This document shows positions 51,308 to 62,404 of a stretch of DNA of 64,000 nucleotides, in pieces; within the stretch, counting starts at the first letter, position 1; the number at the start of each line of letters is the position of its first letter. Origin of the DNA: an uncultured Lentimicrobiaceae bacterium (GTDB lineage: Bacteria > Bacteroidota > Bacteroidia > Bacteroidales > JAGONC01); assembly GCA_964628285.1 (NCBI GenBank), contig CAZVNP010000006.1, positions 20,265 to 84,264 of the forward strand, written 5' to 3'. The position numbers and the translations under genes were made by a program. Under the pieces are notes generated by a model. The model had not been told where the DNA came from. It saw only the letters and a list, made by a program, of their open reading frames with translations, and ran no database searches.

Positions 51308-53263
51308 TTATTCCCTGACCAGGATGACAGGATCCTGTGCAAAACGGTTCTGACCGGCGACAGCAGCCCTGAACGACGGCCAGTCGCCGGGATCATAAAC
51401 GCGTTTCTTCAAAGTCACCACTTCGTGGAGGACAATCCCGTCACCCTCCTGATGAATAAACCCCTCAAAGGAAGCACCGGGACCTTCTTCCTGTTGCTCC
51501 GGTGAAGCATAGCTGAGCCTGTAGCCTCCGGGAATCCGGACTGTTTCATTCAGCTCGACCAATCTCGAACACCTGTCACGAAAGGGGTATGTTCTGTTTA
51601 CCGTACCGGTGTTAAAATAAAGATGCGCCATTCCTCTTTTGAAAAGAGGGGATGCAAGAAGAGGGGTGAAAATAATTTCATTGCCGGTCATCAGGGCATA
51701 ACCCGGTATGATATAGGTCACATTTATTTGAATGGGGCCGGACATATAATCATAAGGGTCGCCAAAATCCATCCCGGTGATCTCAGCCATGGGGGCCACA
51801 GCCAGCAGCTCGTTGGTCACCAGTTTTTTCCATTCCTGCGGTGAGGAGCGTGTGAACAGGGACCTGACGGCGGCATCCGACTGCCCTTCGGCCTGCAGCG
51901 TGAACTCCCCCTTTAAAGTGCCGTCATCCTGTATCTCGGAGGTGCCGCTGAGTTTGAAATAGTGGTTCCCGGGAGGTGACAGAGGCGTCTCTATGAGGGG
52001 AGCGCCACCGGGTATGCCCATCAGGTAATTTTGCTGCTGTTCGGCACTGGACCAAAGCTCCCGGATAAAAGGCACCCAGGTGGGATCGAGGAGTTTGTAT
52101 TTTCCATCCGGTAATTTGACTAAGGTGACGCAATGGTTAAACTGGTCGGCGGGGATATCGTCAATACGTGATCCCGCCATGGTCATGGCAGGATAGGACT
52201 CAAAGCCTGCCGCGCGAAGCATGGTGATGAGCATGCCGGCTTTATCCTTGCACACCCCGCAACGGTCGGTGAAGTCCATGCTCCCCTTATGAAGGGTGTA
52301 GCCCTCACCTTTACCCATGGAGATACCCGAGTACCTGATTTCATCAGCCACCCAGTGGGTCAGGATGGCGATCGAATCCATCTCGTTGACGGCCGGCAGT
52401 AAAAGTTCGTTTACCTTGGCCCGTATGGCCGGCGTGGATTCAAAGCTTTTATAATCTTCATTCACCGAATAAAACCATCTCGATTTGGCTTGCCAGTCCG
52501 GACTCGTTGAGAGAAGAAGCTTGGGGGCCACATCCGAAAGTGACACCATGCCCTGTTCATGATCCGGGGGCATGATGTTCGTCTTTGAGAAGGTATAAAT
52601 GCACCTGTCACCGGCAAACTCCAGCGACGACTGCACCTCGCCATGATAAACCTTATATTGCAAAGGCTTATCCTTGGGGATATTCACGGAGTATACTTTC
52701 AACAGCACCGGATCGGAGCTCCAGAACGCCACGATGTCATAAAAATGTCCACGCATAGGCGGGATGTATCTTTCATCGTCATCCTGGTCGGCGAGAAGAG
52801 CATAGGTGAATCCTTTTTTAAACAGGAATATTTCAACGGCGTCGCCAGGTTCAAGGCGTCCCAGGGCGAGCATTTTTTCCCTGGCACCCCAGTATATCGC
52901 TCTGGCCGGAGCAGGATAATCGACCACCCGGTTCATGTCCGGTAATTCGACAGGGCTATTGTTATGGTATACGACGGCTTTTTTGATATCGGCATAGGCT
53001 GTCAGGGGATCATAGCCATATCTGATCACGCTCAGGTCTAAGGCTCCCTTGGGCGTCAGGATTTTGTACAGCCGGTGTGTGTTGAAATAGCTTAAACCGG
53101 ACTCCTGCACGTCGACCTCCGTGCTGTCGAAAAGGATGAGCAGGTCGTTACCGGGGTATTCGGCCGGACCTCCCGATTTTTTGATCAGCTCTTCAACCGG
53201 GTTGCCGTTGACCCTGAAAATGACCGCAAGCAGAATGATGATCAGAAGATGATAACGGTTCAT
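51308..53263 (-). CDS. DUF3857-like N-domain plus transglutaminase-like cysteine protease core, secreted
   Basis: Start at ATG 53263 gives a signal peptide MNRYHLLIIILLAVIFRVNG. Transglutaminase core Cys in DRCGVCKDKAGML. His/Asp in FNHCVTLVKLPDGKYKLLDPTW. Confidence 0.75.
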   Translation of the reverse strand: MNRYHLLIIILLAVIFRVNGNPVEELIKKSGGPAEYPGNDLLILFDSTEVDVQESGLSYFNTHRLYKILTPKGALDLSVIRYGYDPLTAYADIKKAVVYHNNSPVELPDMNRVVDYPAPARAIYWGAREKMLALGRLEPGDAVEIFLFKKGFTYALLADQDDDERYIPPMRGHFYDIVAFWSSDPVLLKVYSVNIPKDKPLQYKVYHGEVQSSLEFAGDRCIYTFSKTNIMPPDHEQGMVSLSDVAPKLLLSTSPDWQAKSRWFYSVNEDYKSFESTPAIRAKVNELLLPAVNEMDSIAILTHWVADEIRYSGISMGKGEGYTLHKGSMDFTDRCGVCKDKAGMLITMLRAAGFESYPAMTMAGSRIDDIPADQFNHCVTLVKLPDGKYKLLDPTWVPFIRELWSSAEQQQNYLMGIPGGAPLIETPLSPPGNHYFKLSGTSEIQDDGTLKGEFTLQAEGQSDAAVRSLFTRSSPQEWKKLVTNELLAVAPMAEITGMDFGDPYDYMSGPIQINVTYIIPGYALMTGNEIIFTPLLASPLFKRGMAHLYFNTGTVNRTYPFRDRCSRLVELNETVRIPGGYRLSYASPEQQEEGPGASFEGFIHQEGDGIVLHEVVTLKKRVYDPGDWPSFRAAVAGQNRFAQDPVILVRE

Positions 53264-53416
53264 ATAATGAGGTTTTATTCGATGGTCAGGATTGATTTTG
53301 TAAAAATAGAAAATATGGGTCGGATGAACAAAACACAAAATAAATTGTCTGTATAACTTATGATAGGAAAATTTAGCCGGAAGCCAATAGCGGTTAGATT
53401 GACCGTTGATTGACTT

Positions 53417-54208
53417 CTATTTATCACTTTGGTTTTCATTGAGGCCTCTGGGTTCGAAACCTGCATGGCGGCAATAGAAAAAGATGCGTGCCACGGCGGC
53501 GGCGATATCCATTCTGTCGAAAGCCGACAGCAGGTCATCGCCGGCCGCGATGCAGCCGTGTTTTTCCCAGAGCACAAGACGGCAGGAAAGGAACTTTTTT
53601 GCTGTCCGCCGGGCCAGATCCTCCGAACCTGACACGGAGAAAGGAACCAATCCCAGGCCCTCGGGAAGGAACATGAGCATTTCAGGATGGATACTGCGGA
53701 GTAATTCATTCATGCTTTTTTCATTCGCGTATTCATCGAGGTAGGTCAGGGCTGTCAGTTCATGAGCGTGGCCATGCACCACGGCTCTCCCCGGCACCTG
53801 CAGACCCGGCAGAACGGCATGGACAGCCAGATGTACGGCCAGCTCCGAGGAGGGATGAAACGGCGTGCCACCGCCAACCGGTAAAACACGGCAGGATGAA
53901 CCGTGATTATTTACAGCTATCAACCCGGTAAAGGGAAAAGGATCGGCCATGACCTCCCGCATCCGCGCTCTTGAGGCTGTGATCAGAAAAACATGGCCCC
54001 CCAGCGCCGGATAAGAAGCACTCATCTGAAGATCAGTCCCATGAACAATGACCCGGTTGAACAATGAGGGTTCCGTCACATCCACCGAAATATTCCCGGC
54101 ACTGCCTTCAGCCCACCCTTTTGCCCAGAGAAAACCGGCCGTTTCCCGGAGTTGCTCCACCATGGTGCCGAGAACCGGAAATTCATTGAGCGGGATGAGG
54201 TTTTTCAT
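53417..54208 (-). CDS. class II aldolase/adducin family protein (rhamnulose-1-phosphate aldolase-like)
   Basis: 263 aa. GWAEGSAGNISV N-terminal motif and His-rich metal site region VVHGHAHELTAL. Confidence 0.85.
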   Translation of the reverse strand: MKNLIPLNEFPVLGTMVEQLRETAGFLWAKGWAEGSAGNISVDVTEPSLFNRVIVHGTDLQMSASYPALGGHVFLITASRARMREVMADPFPFTGLIAVNNHGSSCRVLPVGGGTPFHPSSELAVHLAVHAVLPGLQVPGRAVVHGHAHELTALTYLDEYANEKSMNELLRSIHPEMLMFLPEGLGLVPFSVSGSEDLARRTAKKFLSCRLVLWEKHGCIAAGDDLLSAFDRMDIAAAVARIFFYCRHAGFEPRGLNENQSDK

Positions 54209-54238
54209 GCTTTTATCTTATGATTGTCATGCAAAATT

Positions 54239-54601
54239 ATGAATTTCAAAACAGATGATCTGAATGGTGTATATTTGTCGCGTTTTATCCGATATGATCA
54301 TTCCGGAACCATGTGCATCCATATCCTCGAAAGAAGAAAATACATAAGGGCTTTCAGGCGTGCCGGCATCATAAATGAATGGAACGCCGCAGCACTGAAG
54401 GATCTGGGCCTGCAGCATTCACGTTGTTTTGAAAAGATGGTTAAACGGCGGATGATGGTGAGCTATGGCCTCAACAGATATTATTTGAATCTTCCCATCG
54501 TGGAGATGTACCGTGATACCAGAAATCATTTCATGAGGATCATCATCATCATCGTGGTGTTGTTCATTCTGGCCGTGGTAATAGCATGGCTCACCCGTTA
54601 G
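54239..54601 (+). CDS. hypothetical small tail-anchored membrane protein
   Basis: 120 aa from ATG 54239. Single C-terminal TM IIIIIVVLFILAVVIAWL. No family recognised. Tight packing on both sides makes it uncertain. Confidence 0.4.
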   Translation: MNFKTDDLNGVYLSRFIRYDHSGTMCIHILERRKYIRAFRRAGIINEWNAAALKDLGLQHSRCFEKMVKRRMMVSYGLNRYYLNLPIVEMYRDTRNHFMRIIIIIVVLFILAVVIAWLTR

Positions 54602-55050
54602 TCCTCACGTTTTATCCTGAAAAATTGCGTCACCAGCGAGGAACATTCTTTCTCCAATATTCCTGACACGATCGTTGTTTGCGGGTGCAATAAGGGTTGC
54701 CGGATCAATGTGTACCCTTTTTTTTCATCCCTGGCGCCATAGACGAGGCGTCCGATGCGTGTCCAGGAGGCGGCAGCGGCACACATGACGCACGGCTCAA
54801 GGGTCACGTAAAGAGTGCACCCGGTCAGGTACTTGGCACCCAGAAAATGAGCGGCTGCACTCAGGGCCTGCATCTCGGCATGCGCCGTCGCATCCTGCAA
54901 CCGCTCCGTCATATTGTGAGCCCTCGCAATGATTTGACGATTGCACACAACGACAGCTCCCACAGGAACCTCATCATCGTCGAAAGCCTGGCGGGCCTCC
55001 TTTAAGGCTTCAGCCATGAAATATTCATCCGAAAAAAGTTGAACCATCAT
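54598..55050 (-). CDS. tadA: tRNA adenosine(34) deaminase
   Basis: 150 aa. CDA zinc motifs HAEMQAL and PCVMCAAA. Confidence 0.9.
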   Translation of the reverse strand: MMVQLFSDEYFMAEALKEARQAFDDDEVPVGAVVVCNRQIIARAHNMTERLQDATAHAEMQALSAAAHFLGAKYLTGCTLYVTLEPCVMCAAAASWTRIGRLVYGARDEKKGYTLIRQPLLHPQTTIVSGILEKECSSLVTQFFRIKRED

Positions 55051-55174
55051 CGGAACAAATTTGTTATATTAAGTCTGACGAACATAAACACATAATTTCA
55101 ATTATTGTAAATTTGCAAAAATTTTTTATATATTCAACTGTCTCAATATTTAAAATAAAACCGAGAGGGCTTGC

Positions 55175-56305
55175 ATGAGTCGAAGGAGATATATTTTTTT
55201 CCTTGTACCGGTATGTTTTATTTTTTTCTCTGTACCACGGCCTGTTCAGGCGCAGAGACAGGATAGCCTTATATCTCCTGCCCTCCACAAGGACCATGAA
55301 GAAATAGCCGGGACAAAAGAGATATCGAATACCGGGGAGATGATCATTGAGCATATCCTCGACGCCCACGAATGGCATCTCTTCTCCCTGAATAAAAAGG
55401 AGGTGGTGATCCCCTTACCGGTTATTCTCTTTTATCACGGGCATCTGTATGCTTTCAGCTCGGCCCGTTTTCATCACGGCGAACAGCCATATAAAGGGTT
55501 TAAGCTGGAGACAGAGGGCAAGAACAAAGGCAAGATTGTCTGTACAGGGAATCCGGGTACTGCTGAAGCAGGTGAACAAACAGAAAAACCACTCGATTTA
55601 TCCATTACCAAGGATGTTATGTCGCTTTTTATCAGCGTCATCATACTTTGTGTTCTGTTTATCTCCGTCGGCCGTGCTTATCAAAAACGCAAGGATGAAG
55701 CTCCCCGTGGTTTTCAGTCGTTCATTGAGCCTGTCATCCTGTTTGTCAGGGAGTTGGCTATATCCTCCATAGGTGAGAAGAAATATGAAAAGTACCTGCC
55801 CTACCTGCTCACCCTGTTCTTTTTCATCTTCTTCAACAACTTATTCGGATTGATGCCTTTTTTCCCCGGAGGTGCCAATCTCACGGGCAATATCACGGTG
55901 ACCATGGTCATGGCTATTTTTACTTTTATCATAACGACTTTTAGTGGCAACAGGAATTACTGGCTCGACATCTTCAATACCCCCGGCGTCCCATGGTGGC
56001 TCAAGGTACCGGTGCCGCTGATGCCCATTGTTGAAATCATCGGGGTGTTCACCAAACCCTTTATCCTGATGATTCGTCTCTTCGCCAACATAGCCGCCGG
56101 CCATATCGTGGTGTTCGGATTTATCAGCCTGATTTTTATTTTTGCCAATATGCACATTGGATTGGGGTATTCGGTTTCTGTTGTTTCGGTTTTATTTGCT
56201 GTTTTTATGGGATTGCTGGAGATGCTGGTGGCTTTTATCCAGGCGTATGTGTTCACGTTATTGTCGGCACTCTATTTTGGCATGGCCACTCAGGAACATC
56301 ATTAG
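55175..56305 (+). CDS. atpB: F0 ATP synthase subunit a (with long N-terminal extension)
   Basis: 376 aa. Conserved Arg region MIRLFANIAAGH. The N-terminal ~130 aa extension has a signal-like segment. Confidence 0.9.
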   Translation: MSRRRYIFFLVPVCFIFFSVPRPVQAQRQDSLISPALHKDHEEIAGTKEISNTGEMIIEHILDAHEWHLFSLNKKEVVIPLPVILFYHGHLYAFSSARFHHGEQPYKGFKLETEGKNKGKIVCTGNPGTAEAGEQTEKPLDLSITKDVMSLFISVIILCVLFISVGRAYQKRKDEAPRGFQSFIEPVILFVRELAISSIGEKKYEKYLPYLLTLFFFIFFNNLFGLMPFFPGGANLTGNITVTMVMAIFTFIITTFSGNRNYWLDIFNTPGVPWWLKVPVPLMPIVEIIGVFTKPFILMIRLFANIAAGHIVVFGFISLIFIFANMHIGLGYSVSVVSVLFAVFMGLLEMLVAFIQAYVFTLLSALYFGMATQEHH

Positions 56306-56329
56306 AATAAAACATGTATCATGACATAG

Positions 56330-56623
<294 letters not shown>

Positions 56624-56711
56624 AAATGACAGGCAGGTTGTATTCCTTCGGTGCCTTTGTCATAAAAGGTGAAGGATCAGTCGTGTTTCATCTATTTAAA
56701 TCAGTGGTAAT

Positions 56712-57206
56712 ATGGAACTTGTAAGTCCCTCTTTTGGACTCTTTTTCTGGATGACGATATCGTTCGGCCTACTTCTTTTTGTGCTGGGACGTTACGCCTG
56801 GAAACCCGTGATGAAAGCCCTTAAACACCGTGAACAACGTATCGATGAGGCCATTCATGAGGCCGACAGGACCAGGGAGGAAATGAAGCAACTCAAATCA
56901 AAGCACGAAGAATTGCTAAAACAGGCACAGGAAGAACGTGAAGCCATTCTGAGAGAGGCCAGGCACATAAAAGAAGCGATAATTGAAGAAGCCAAGGCCA
57001 AGGCAAATGAGGAAGCCGACCGGATTGTTGAGAATGCCAAGGAAAGAATCCATTTTGAAAAAATGGCCGCCATGACCGAGTTGAAAAATCAACTGGCACA
57101 GCTCTCCATTCAGATCGCTGAGAAACTGATAAAGGAAGAATTATCAAAGGATGATAATCAAAAGGCATTGATGGATAAACTGATAGGCGAAGTGACCTTT
57201 AACTGA
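56712..57206 (+). CDS. atpF: F0 ATP synthase subunit b
   Basis: 164 aa. N-terminal TM then a charged coiled coil. Confidence 0.88.
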   Translation: MELVSPSFGLFFWMTISFGLLLFVLGRYAWKPVMKALKHREQRIDEAIHEADRTREEMKQLKSKHEELLKQAQEEREAILREARHIKEAIIEEAKAKANEEADRIVENAKERIHFEKMAAMTELKNQLAQLSIQIAEKLIKEELSKDDNQKALMDKLIGEVTFN

Positions 57207-57229
57207 TTCATTGTTTAGCATCCGTATCC

Positions 57230-57787
57230 ATGAAAGAAACCGTATTAACCAGGAGATATGCCAGAGCGCTGTTTGATTTTGCCCGGGAACAGGATCTCCT
57301 GGAACCGGTCAGAGACGACATGGATACCATCATAAAGGTATGTGAGGCCAACAAGGACTTCTTGCTGCTGCTGAGAAGCCCGGTCATTAAATCGGACAGG
57401 AAAATCGGCATCATTCAAAAGGTATTTGGCACCGTGTTACGGGAGGTCACCCTCAGCTACCTCCGGATTATCACACGGAAACACAGGGAAGCTTATATCG
57501 CCGGGATTGCCCGTCAGTATATCGGCCTGTATAACGAATATAAGGGAGTGAAAGTGGCCCATTTGATTTCGGCGGCGAAAGTGGATGACGAATTAAGAAA
57601 TAAGATACTGTCATACCTGCGAAAGCAAACCAATGCGAAAATTGAGCTTGTCGAGGAGGTCGATGAAAAGCTGATCGGCGGTTTCATTTTGCGTTTCGAT
57701 GGAAAACAATATGACGCCAGTATAGCAAAAAAGATACTGGAGCTGAGGAAAGATTTTGAGAAAAATGTATACATCAGAGGATTTTAA
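57230..57787 (+). CDS. atpH: F1 ATP synthase delta (OSCP) subunit
   Basis: 185 aa. Position between atpF and atpA, with an OSCP-like pattern ([10 protein letters not shown]). Confidence 0.88.
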   Translation: MKETVLTRRYARALFDFAREQDLLEPVRDDMDTIIKVCEANKDFLLLLRSPVIKSDRKIGIIQKVFGTVLREVTLSYLRIITRKHREAYIAGIARQYIGLYNEYKGVKVAHLISAAKVDDELRNKILSYLRKQTNAKIELVEEVDEKLIGGFILRFDGKQYDASIAKKILELRKDFEKNVYIRGF

Positions 57788-57810
57788 AAGACAATATAAT
57801 ATCAGGAGAT

Positions 57811-59412
57811 ATGGCGGATATCAAACCAGCAGAAGTGTCTGCTATTTTACGGCAACAGCTTGCCGGTTTCAGTGAGGCGACGGAGCTTGAGGAGGTGGGG
57901 AAAGTCCTGGAAGTCGGTGACGGCATCGCCCGCATCTACGGTTTATTAAATGCTCAGGCGGGCGAGCTCGTTGAATTTGAGAAAAACGGCCTGCAGGGTA
58001 TCATACTCAACCTGGAAGAGGATAATGTGGGTGTGGTGCTGCTGGGTGAGTCACAGGATATAGGTGAAGGCGACCTGGTGAAACGGACCCGGCGCATCGC
58101 CTCCATCGGGGCGGGTGAATGTCTCCTTGGCCGTGTCATCAATACGTTGGGTGTGCCCATCGACGGTAAAGGTGATATCGTCGGCGAACGCTTCGAGATG
58201 CCCTTTGAGCGCAAAGCACCGGGGGTTATCTTCAGGCAGCCCGTCAACGAAGCGTTGCAGACAGGTATCAAAGCCATTGATGCGATGATACCCATCGGCC
58301 GGGGCCAGAGGGAGCTGATCATTGGTGACCGCTCGACGGGAAAGACGGCCATAGCCATCGACACCATCATCAACCAGCGGGAGAATTACGAGAAAGGTAA
58401 ACCCGTATACTGCATTTATGTGGCCGTGGGCCAGAAGGGCTCCTCGGTGGCCAGCATTCATAAAACCCTTGAGGATAAAGGTGCCATGCCCTATACCGTC
58501 ATCATCTCGGCCACGGCGTCCGATCCGGCGGCCATGCAGTTCTATGCTCCTTTTGCAGGAGCGGCCATAGGTGAGTATTTCAGGGATACAGGCCGTCCTG
58601 CCCTGATCATTTATGACGATCTCTCCAAGCAGGCGGTGGCGTACCGTGAAGTATCGCTGTTGCTGCGGCGTCCGCCCGGACGTGAGGCATACCCCGGTGA
58701 TATTTTTTACCTTCATTCAAGGCTGCTGGAGAGAGCGGCGCGGATCATCTCGTCGGATGACATTGCCGGGAAGATAAACGACCTCCCCGAGTCGATCCGG
58801 CCGCAGGTCCGCGGAGGAGGATCGCTCACCGCCCTGCCTATCATCGAGACGCAGGCCGGCGACATCTCGGCATACATCCCTACCAATGTCATTTCCATCA
58901 CGGATGGACAGATATTTCTTGAAACGAACCTGTTCAATGCCGGCATCCGTCCCGCCATCAATGTCGGCATATCCGTTTCTCGCGTCGGCGGCTATGCCCA
59001 GATCAAATCCATGAAGAAAGTCGCCGGAACACTTAAACTTGACCAGGCCCAGTATCGTGAACTGGAGGCTTTTGCTAAATTCGGCTCCGAGCTGGACGCC
59101 GCCACACAGTTTGTCCTCGACAAAGGGGCCAGGAATGTGGAGATTCTCAAACAGGATCAGTATGCTCCCATGCCTGTCGATCAGCAGATCGCCATCATTT
59201 ACTGCGGCACACGCGGCCTGCTGCAGAAAGTACCCGTGGATAGAATAAGCGACTTTGTAACGGAATATATCCATATCATGAAACAGGAACATTCCGGTGT
59301 ACTGAAAAATCTGGCGGATGGACAGATCGGGGATGAGGATATGAAAATCATGGAAACCACGGCAAAGACATTAACTAATAAGTATATCAAACATACGGAT
59401 ATAAAAACATGA
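57811..59412 (+). CDS. atpA: F1 ATP synthase alpha subunit
   Basis: 533 aa. Walker A GDRSTGKT. Confidence 0.96.
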   Translation: MADIKPAEVSAILRQQLAGFSEATELEEVGKVLEVGDGIARIYGLLNAQAGELVEFEKNGLQGIILNLEEDNVGVVLLGESQDIGEGDLVKRTRRIASIGAGECLLGRVINTLGVPIDGKGDIVGERFEMPFERKAPGVIFRQPVNEALQTGIKAIDAMIPIGRGQRELIIGDRSTGKTAIAIDTIINQRENYEKGKPVYCIYVAVGQKGSSVASIHKTLEDKGAMPYTVIISATASDPAAMQFYAPFAGAAIGEYFRDTGRPALIIYDDLSKQAVAYREVSLLLRRPPGREAYPGDIFYLHSRLLERAARIISSDDIAGKINDLPESIRPQVRGGGSLTALPIIETQAGDISAYIPTNVISITDGQIFLETNLFNAGIRPAINVGISVSRVGGYAQIKSMKKVAGTLKLDQAQYRELEAFAKFGSELDAATQFVLDKGARNVEILKQDQYAPMPVDQQIAIIYCGTRGLLQKVPVDRISDFVTEYIHIMKQEHSGVLKNLADGQIGDEDMKIMETTAKTLTNKYIKHTDIKT

Positions 59413-59446
59413 CGTCATCTCGTCATGATAACACTCATGAATATCC

Positions 59447-60331
59447 ATGGCAAACTTAAAAGAGGTTAGGAACAGGATCGCATCTGTAAAGTCAACGCAA
59501 CAGATCACCAGTGCCATGAAGATGGTGGCAGCCTCCAAGCTGAGGAAGGCGCAACAGGCCATCGTGCAGCTCCGGCCTTGGGCCGCCAAGTTACAGGATA
59601 TACTTCAGAACGTGAGTGCTGCCCTCGAGAACACCGGCGATAACATCTATGCCGATAACAGGGAGGTAAAACGTCTCCTCCTGGTGCCTTTCACTTCCAA
59701 CCGCGGTCTCTGTGGCGCGTTTAATTCCAACGTCATCAAAATCACCAACGACCGGATCAGATATTATACCTCAACCCTGAAAGATGGTCATGTGAGCATC
59801 ATGACGGTGGGGAAATATGCCACCGATCATTACAAAAGAAACAACATCAAAGTGGAAGAATCATACGACCATCTTTACAATGATCTTTCCTTTGATAATG
59901 TGATGACCCTGGCGCAAAAACTGATGCTTGAATATAGGGAAGGTAAATACGACATGATCTTACTGATCTATAACCGGTTCCGGAATGCCGTCATCCAGAA
60001 GCTGGTAGTCGAGCAATTCCTTCCGGTAAAGATCGAGGGGGCACATGCCATGGAGGTTAAGACAGGTCATGTGGATTACATCTTTGAACCGTCAAGGGAG
60101 ATCATCTTAACGGAACTCATTCCCAAGACGTTAAAGATACAGTTTTATAAAGCCATCCTCGATTCCTTTGCTTCCGAGCAGGGTGCCAGGATGACCGCCA
60201 TGCACCAGGCCACCGATAATGCCAATGAATTGCTCAGGGAACTCAGGCTTTCATACAATAAAGCCCGGCAGGCTGCCATCACAAAAGAACTCCTTGAAAT
60301 CATCACCGCAGCCGAAGCACTTAAAGGGTGA
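59447..60331 (+). CDS. atpG: F1 ATP synthase gamma subunit
   Basis: 294 aa. N-terminal MANLKEVRNRIASVKSTQQITSAMKMVAASKLRKAQ and C-terminal ITKELLEIITAAEAL. Confidence 0.94.
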   Translation: MANLKEVRNRIASVKSTQQITSAMKMVAASKLRKAQQAIVQLRPWAAKLQDILQNVSAALENTGDNIYADNREVKRLLLVPFTSNRGLCGAFNSNVIKITNDRIRYYTSTLKDGHVSIMTVGKYATDHYKRNNIKVEESYDHLYNDLSFDNVMTLAQKLMLEYREGKYDMILLIYNRFRNAVIQKLVVEQFLPVKIEGAHAMEVKTGHVDYIFEPSREIILTELIPKTLKIQFYKAILDSFASEQGARMTAMHQATDNANELLRELRLSYNKARQAAITKELLEIITAAEALKG

Positions 60332-60424
60332 GCCGGCGTTTGTCCGGTACTTCCGGCATGACCGGAGAAATTTTGAAACCGTTTATTTTCAGAAACGTCA
60401 TGGTATGTTCCGGACATAACTGAC

Positions 60425-62404
60425 ATGAAAAAAAATAAAAAAACCGCACCCCCGTTAAAAGATTCCCTCGACCGTCTGGACTCGTTCCTGGTGCGTCATA
60501 GCCGGCATTTCCTGTGGCCGTCGCTATTCCTGGCTTTGCTCTTTTCATTCCTGGTCATGGACATGAAAATAAGCATGGGTGGTGACGATGCCACCTATAT
60601 CGTCAAAAGCTGGGATTTCATCCATCATTTCCGCTATCCTTCTTTTCAGGGCCCTTTATATCCGGTGGTTCTCAGCCCTTTCATCCTGATCTTCGGCATC
60701 CGCATTTTTCTTTTGAAGATGCTCTCTTTTATCTTTTTGACGGGATTTATCTTCTTCTTCTATAAATCCTATCACCGTCATGTGCCTTCTGTTTTGCTTC
60801 TTCCGGTTGTCATCATGATCTCGGTCTGTGGCGCCTTTTTATTTTACGGTTCCCAGATCTATTCCGAGGCATTCTTTATGTTTCTTCAGATCCTGTTGTT
60901 TTATTTTTTTTTCAGGTATTTCATTTCGGATGAAGTCCAGAAATTGCGTTTATCAACGGGATATAAATATTATTTAGTGGTTGCACTGTTGCTGCTTCTT
61001 TCGGCTCTGGGCCGGAGCATAGGCTATGCCGCAATCGTTGCCGTCATTTTGTATTTTGTTGTTACACGGCAATGGAAGCCCATGTTGTGGATGGCGCTGA
61101 GCTTTGTCCTTTTAAGCCTGACATTCGGGGCCCTTAAGCTCCTGCTATGGCATGAAACAGGCTTTCAGATCCAGTCACAAACCCAGAATTTGTTGTTAAA
61201 AAACTGGTATAATCCGGCTTATGGGATGGAAACGGCAGGTGGTTTCCTAAAGAGGATCCTTGAGAACTCGAACCTGTACATCTCCCAGGATTTTTACGGT
61301 TTTTTAGGCTTACGTAGTGATAATGCCCCGGTCTCACCGGTTCTTACGGTATTGACTTATATATTATTCGGATTAGCTTTTTTCTGGGCCTGGCGCAAGA
61401 ACCGTTATTTACTTTTTACGGGAATATACCTGGTGGTGATGGTAGGCGTCACCTTTATCTTGCTGCAAAGCATGTGGCATCAGTACCGGATGGTGGTCAT
61501 TTATTTTCCGATGATGATGCTGTTTCTGCTGTCAGGACTATATTATCTTTTTAAGATACAAGCGTTGAAGCGCCTAAGGTTTTTGCTCATCATCCTGATG
61601 CTATTAATGACTGTAACCACTTTCATTAAGACAACGAAAATGGCACAGCTGAACAACCCGTCGTTGAAAGCCTATCTCACAGGCGATGACCTTTACGGTT
61701 ACACACCTGATTATGTGAATTACATCAGGATGAGCCGATGGGCCGCCAAACAGGTGCCTGAAGATCAAATAATTGCAGCCCGCAAGTCATCCATATCATT
61801 TGTTTATACCAACGGTCGTCAGTTCGAACCCATTTATACCATCCCCGCTACTGAAGCCGACGATTACGTGAAAAAGATGAACAGACTGCAACAGCATTAC
61901 ATCGTGGCAGATGTCACCGAATTGCAGAAGGTCGATTATTTTAAGCCTTACGGGATCAATCTCTGGCCTTACACCGATGCTCTGCTTACCGGTCTGGAGT
62001 ACGATCAAAGCGGCCTTGGGAAAAATACATTCAACTATTGTGTGTTTATTCTTCCCGACACATTGGAACAAATAATGGTTCCGATCCTTAAAGAGCGTGG
62101 TGTGGCCTTCGACACCGATATGAACACCTGTATATCCCGGTTAAGGGATCAGGGTAAGGGTTTTGTCATTTATGAACCGGATGTGCTGGTCGCCAGTCTC
62201 AGGAACAGGAACATCAGCTATCTTATTCTGGCCAGTCTCCGCCGGACACCGACAGCAAAAACCAATCTGACCATCAATACCATCGAGAGGTATGTCAACA
62301 TCATACAGATTAAATATCCCGGACTTTTCACCAAAGTCATGCAATATGGTAAGAACGAGGAGGAACCCGCTCTGCTGGTAAAGATCAATTACGACCGGAT
62401 GTGA
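60425..62404 (+). CDS. polytopic membrane protein, PMT/ArnT-like (GT39/GT83-type) glycosyltransferase candidate with soluble C-terminal domain
   Basis: 659 aa. About 12 TM helices. First-loop acidic motif GGDDATY resembles the GT-C DE/DD motif. The functional call is tentative. Confidence 0.6.
   Translation: MKKNKKTAPPLKDSLDRLDSFLVRHSRHFLWPSLFLALLFSFLVMDMKISMGGDDATYIVKSWDFIHHFRYPSFQGPLYPVVLSPFILIFGIRIFLLKMLSFIFLTGFIFFFYKSYHRHVPSVLLLPVVIMISVCGAFLFYGSQIYSEAFFMFLQILLFYFFFRYFISDEVQKLRLSTGYKYYLVVALLLLLSALGRSIGYAAIVAVILYFVVTRQWKPMLWMALSFVLLSLTFGALKLLLWHETGFQIQSQTQNLLLKNWYNPAYGMETAGGFLKRILENSNLYISQDFYGFLGLRSDNAPVSPVLTVLTYILFGLAFFWAWRKNRYLLFTGIYLVVMVGVTFILLQSMWHQYRMVVIYFPMMMLFLLSGLYYLFKIQALKRLRFLLIILMLLMTVTTFIKTTKMAQLNNPSLKAYLTGDDLYGYTPDYVNYIRMSRWAAKQVPEDQIIAARKSSISFVYTNGRQFEPIYTIPATEADDYVKKMNRLQQHYIVADVTELQKVDYFKPYGINLWPYTDALLTGLEYDQSGLGKNTFNYCVFILPDTLEQIMVPILKERGVAFDTDMNTCISRLRDQGKGFVIYEPDVLVASLRNRNISYLILASLRRTPTAKTNLTINTIERYVNIIQIKYPGLFTKVMQYGKNEEEPALLVKINYDRM

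Noticed and set aside
55064-55378. 104-aa minus-strand ORF spanning the tadA-atpB intergenic region.
   Set aside because: It overlaps the atpB N-terminus on the opposite strand, has no recognisable motifs, and would leave no promoter space for atpB.
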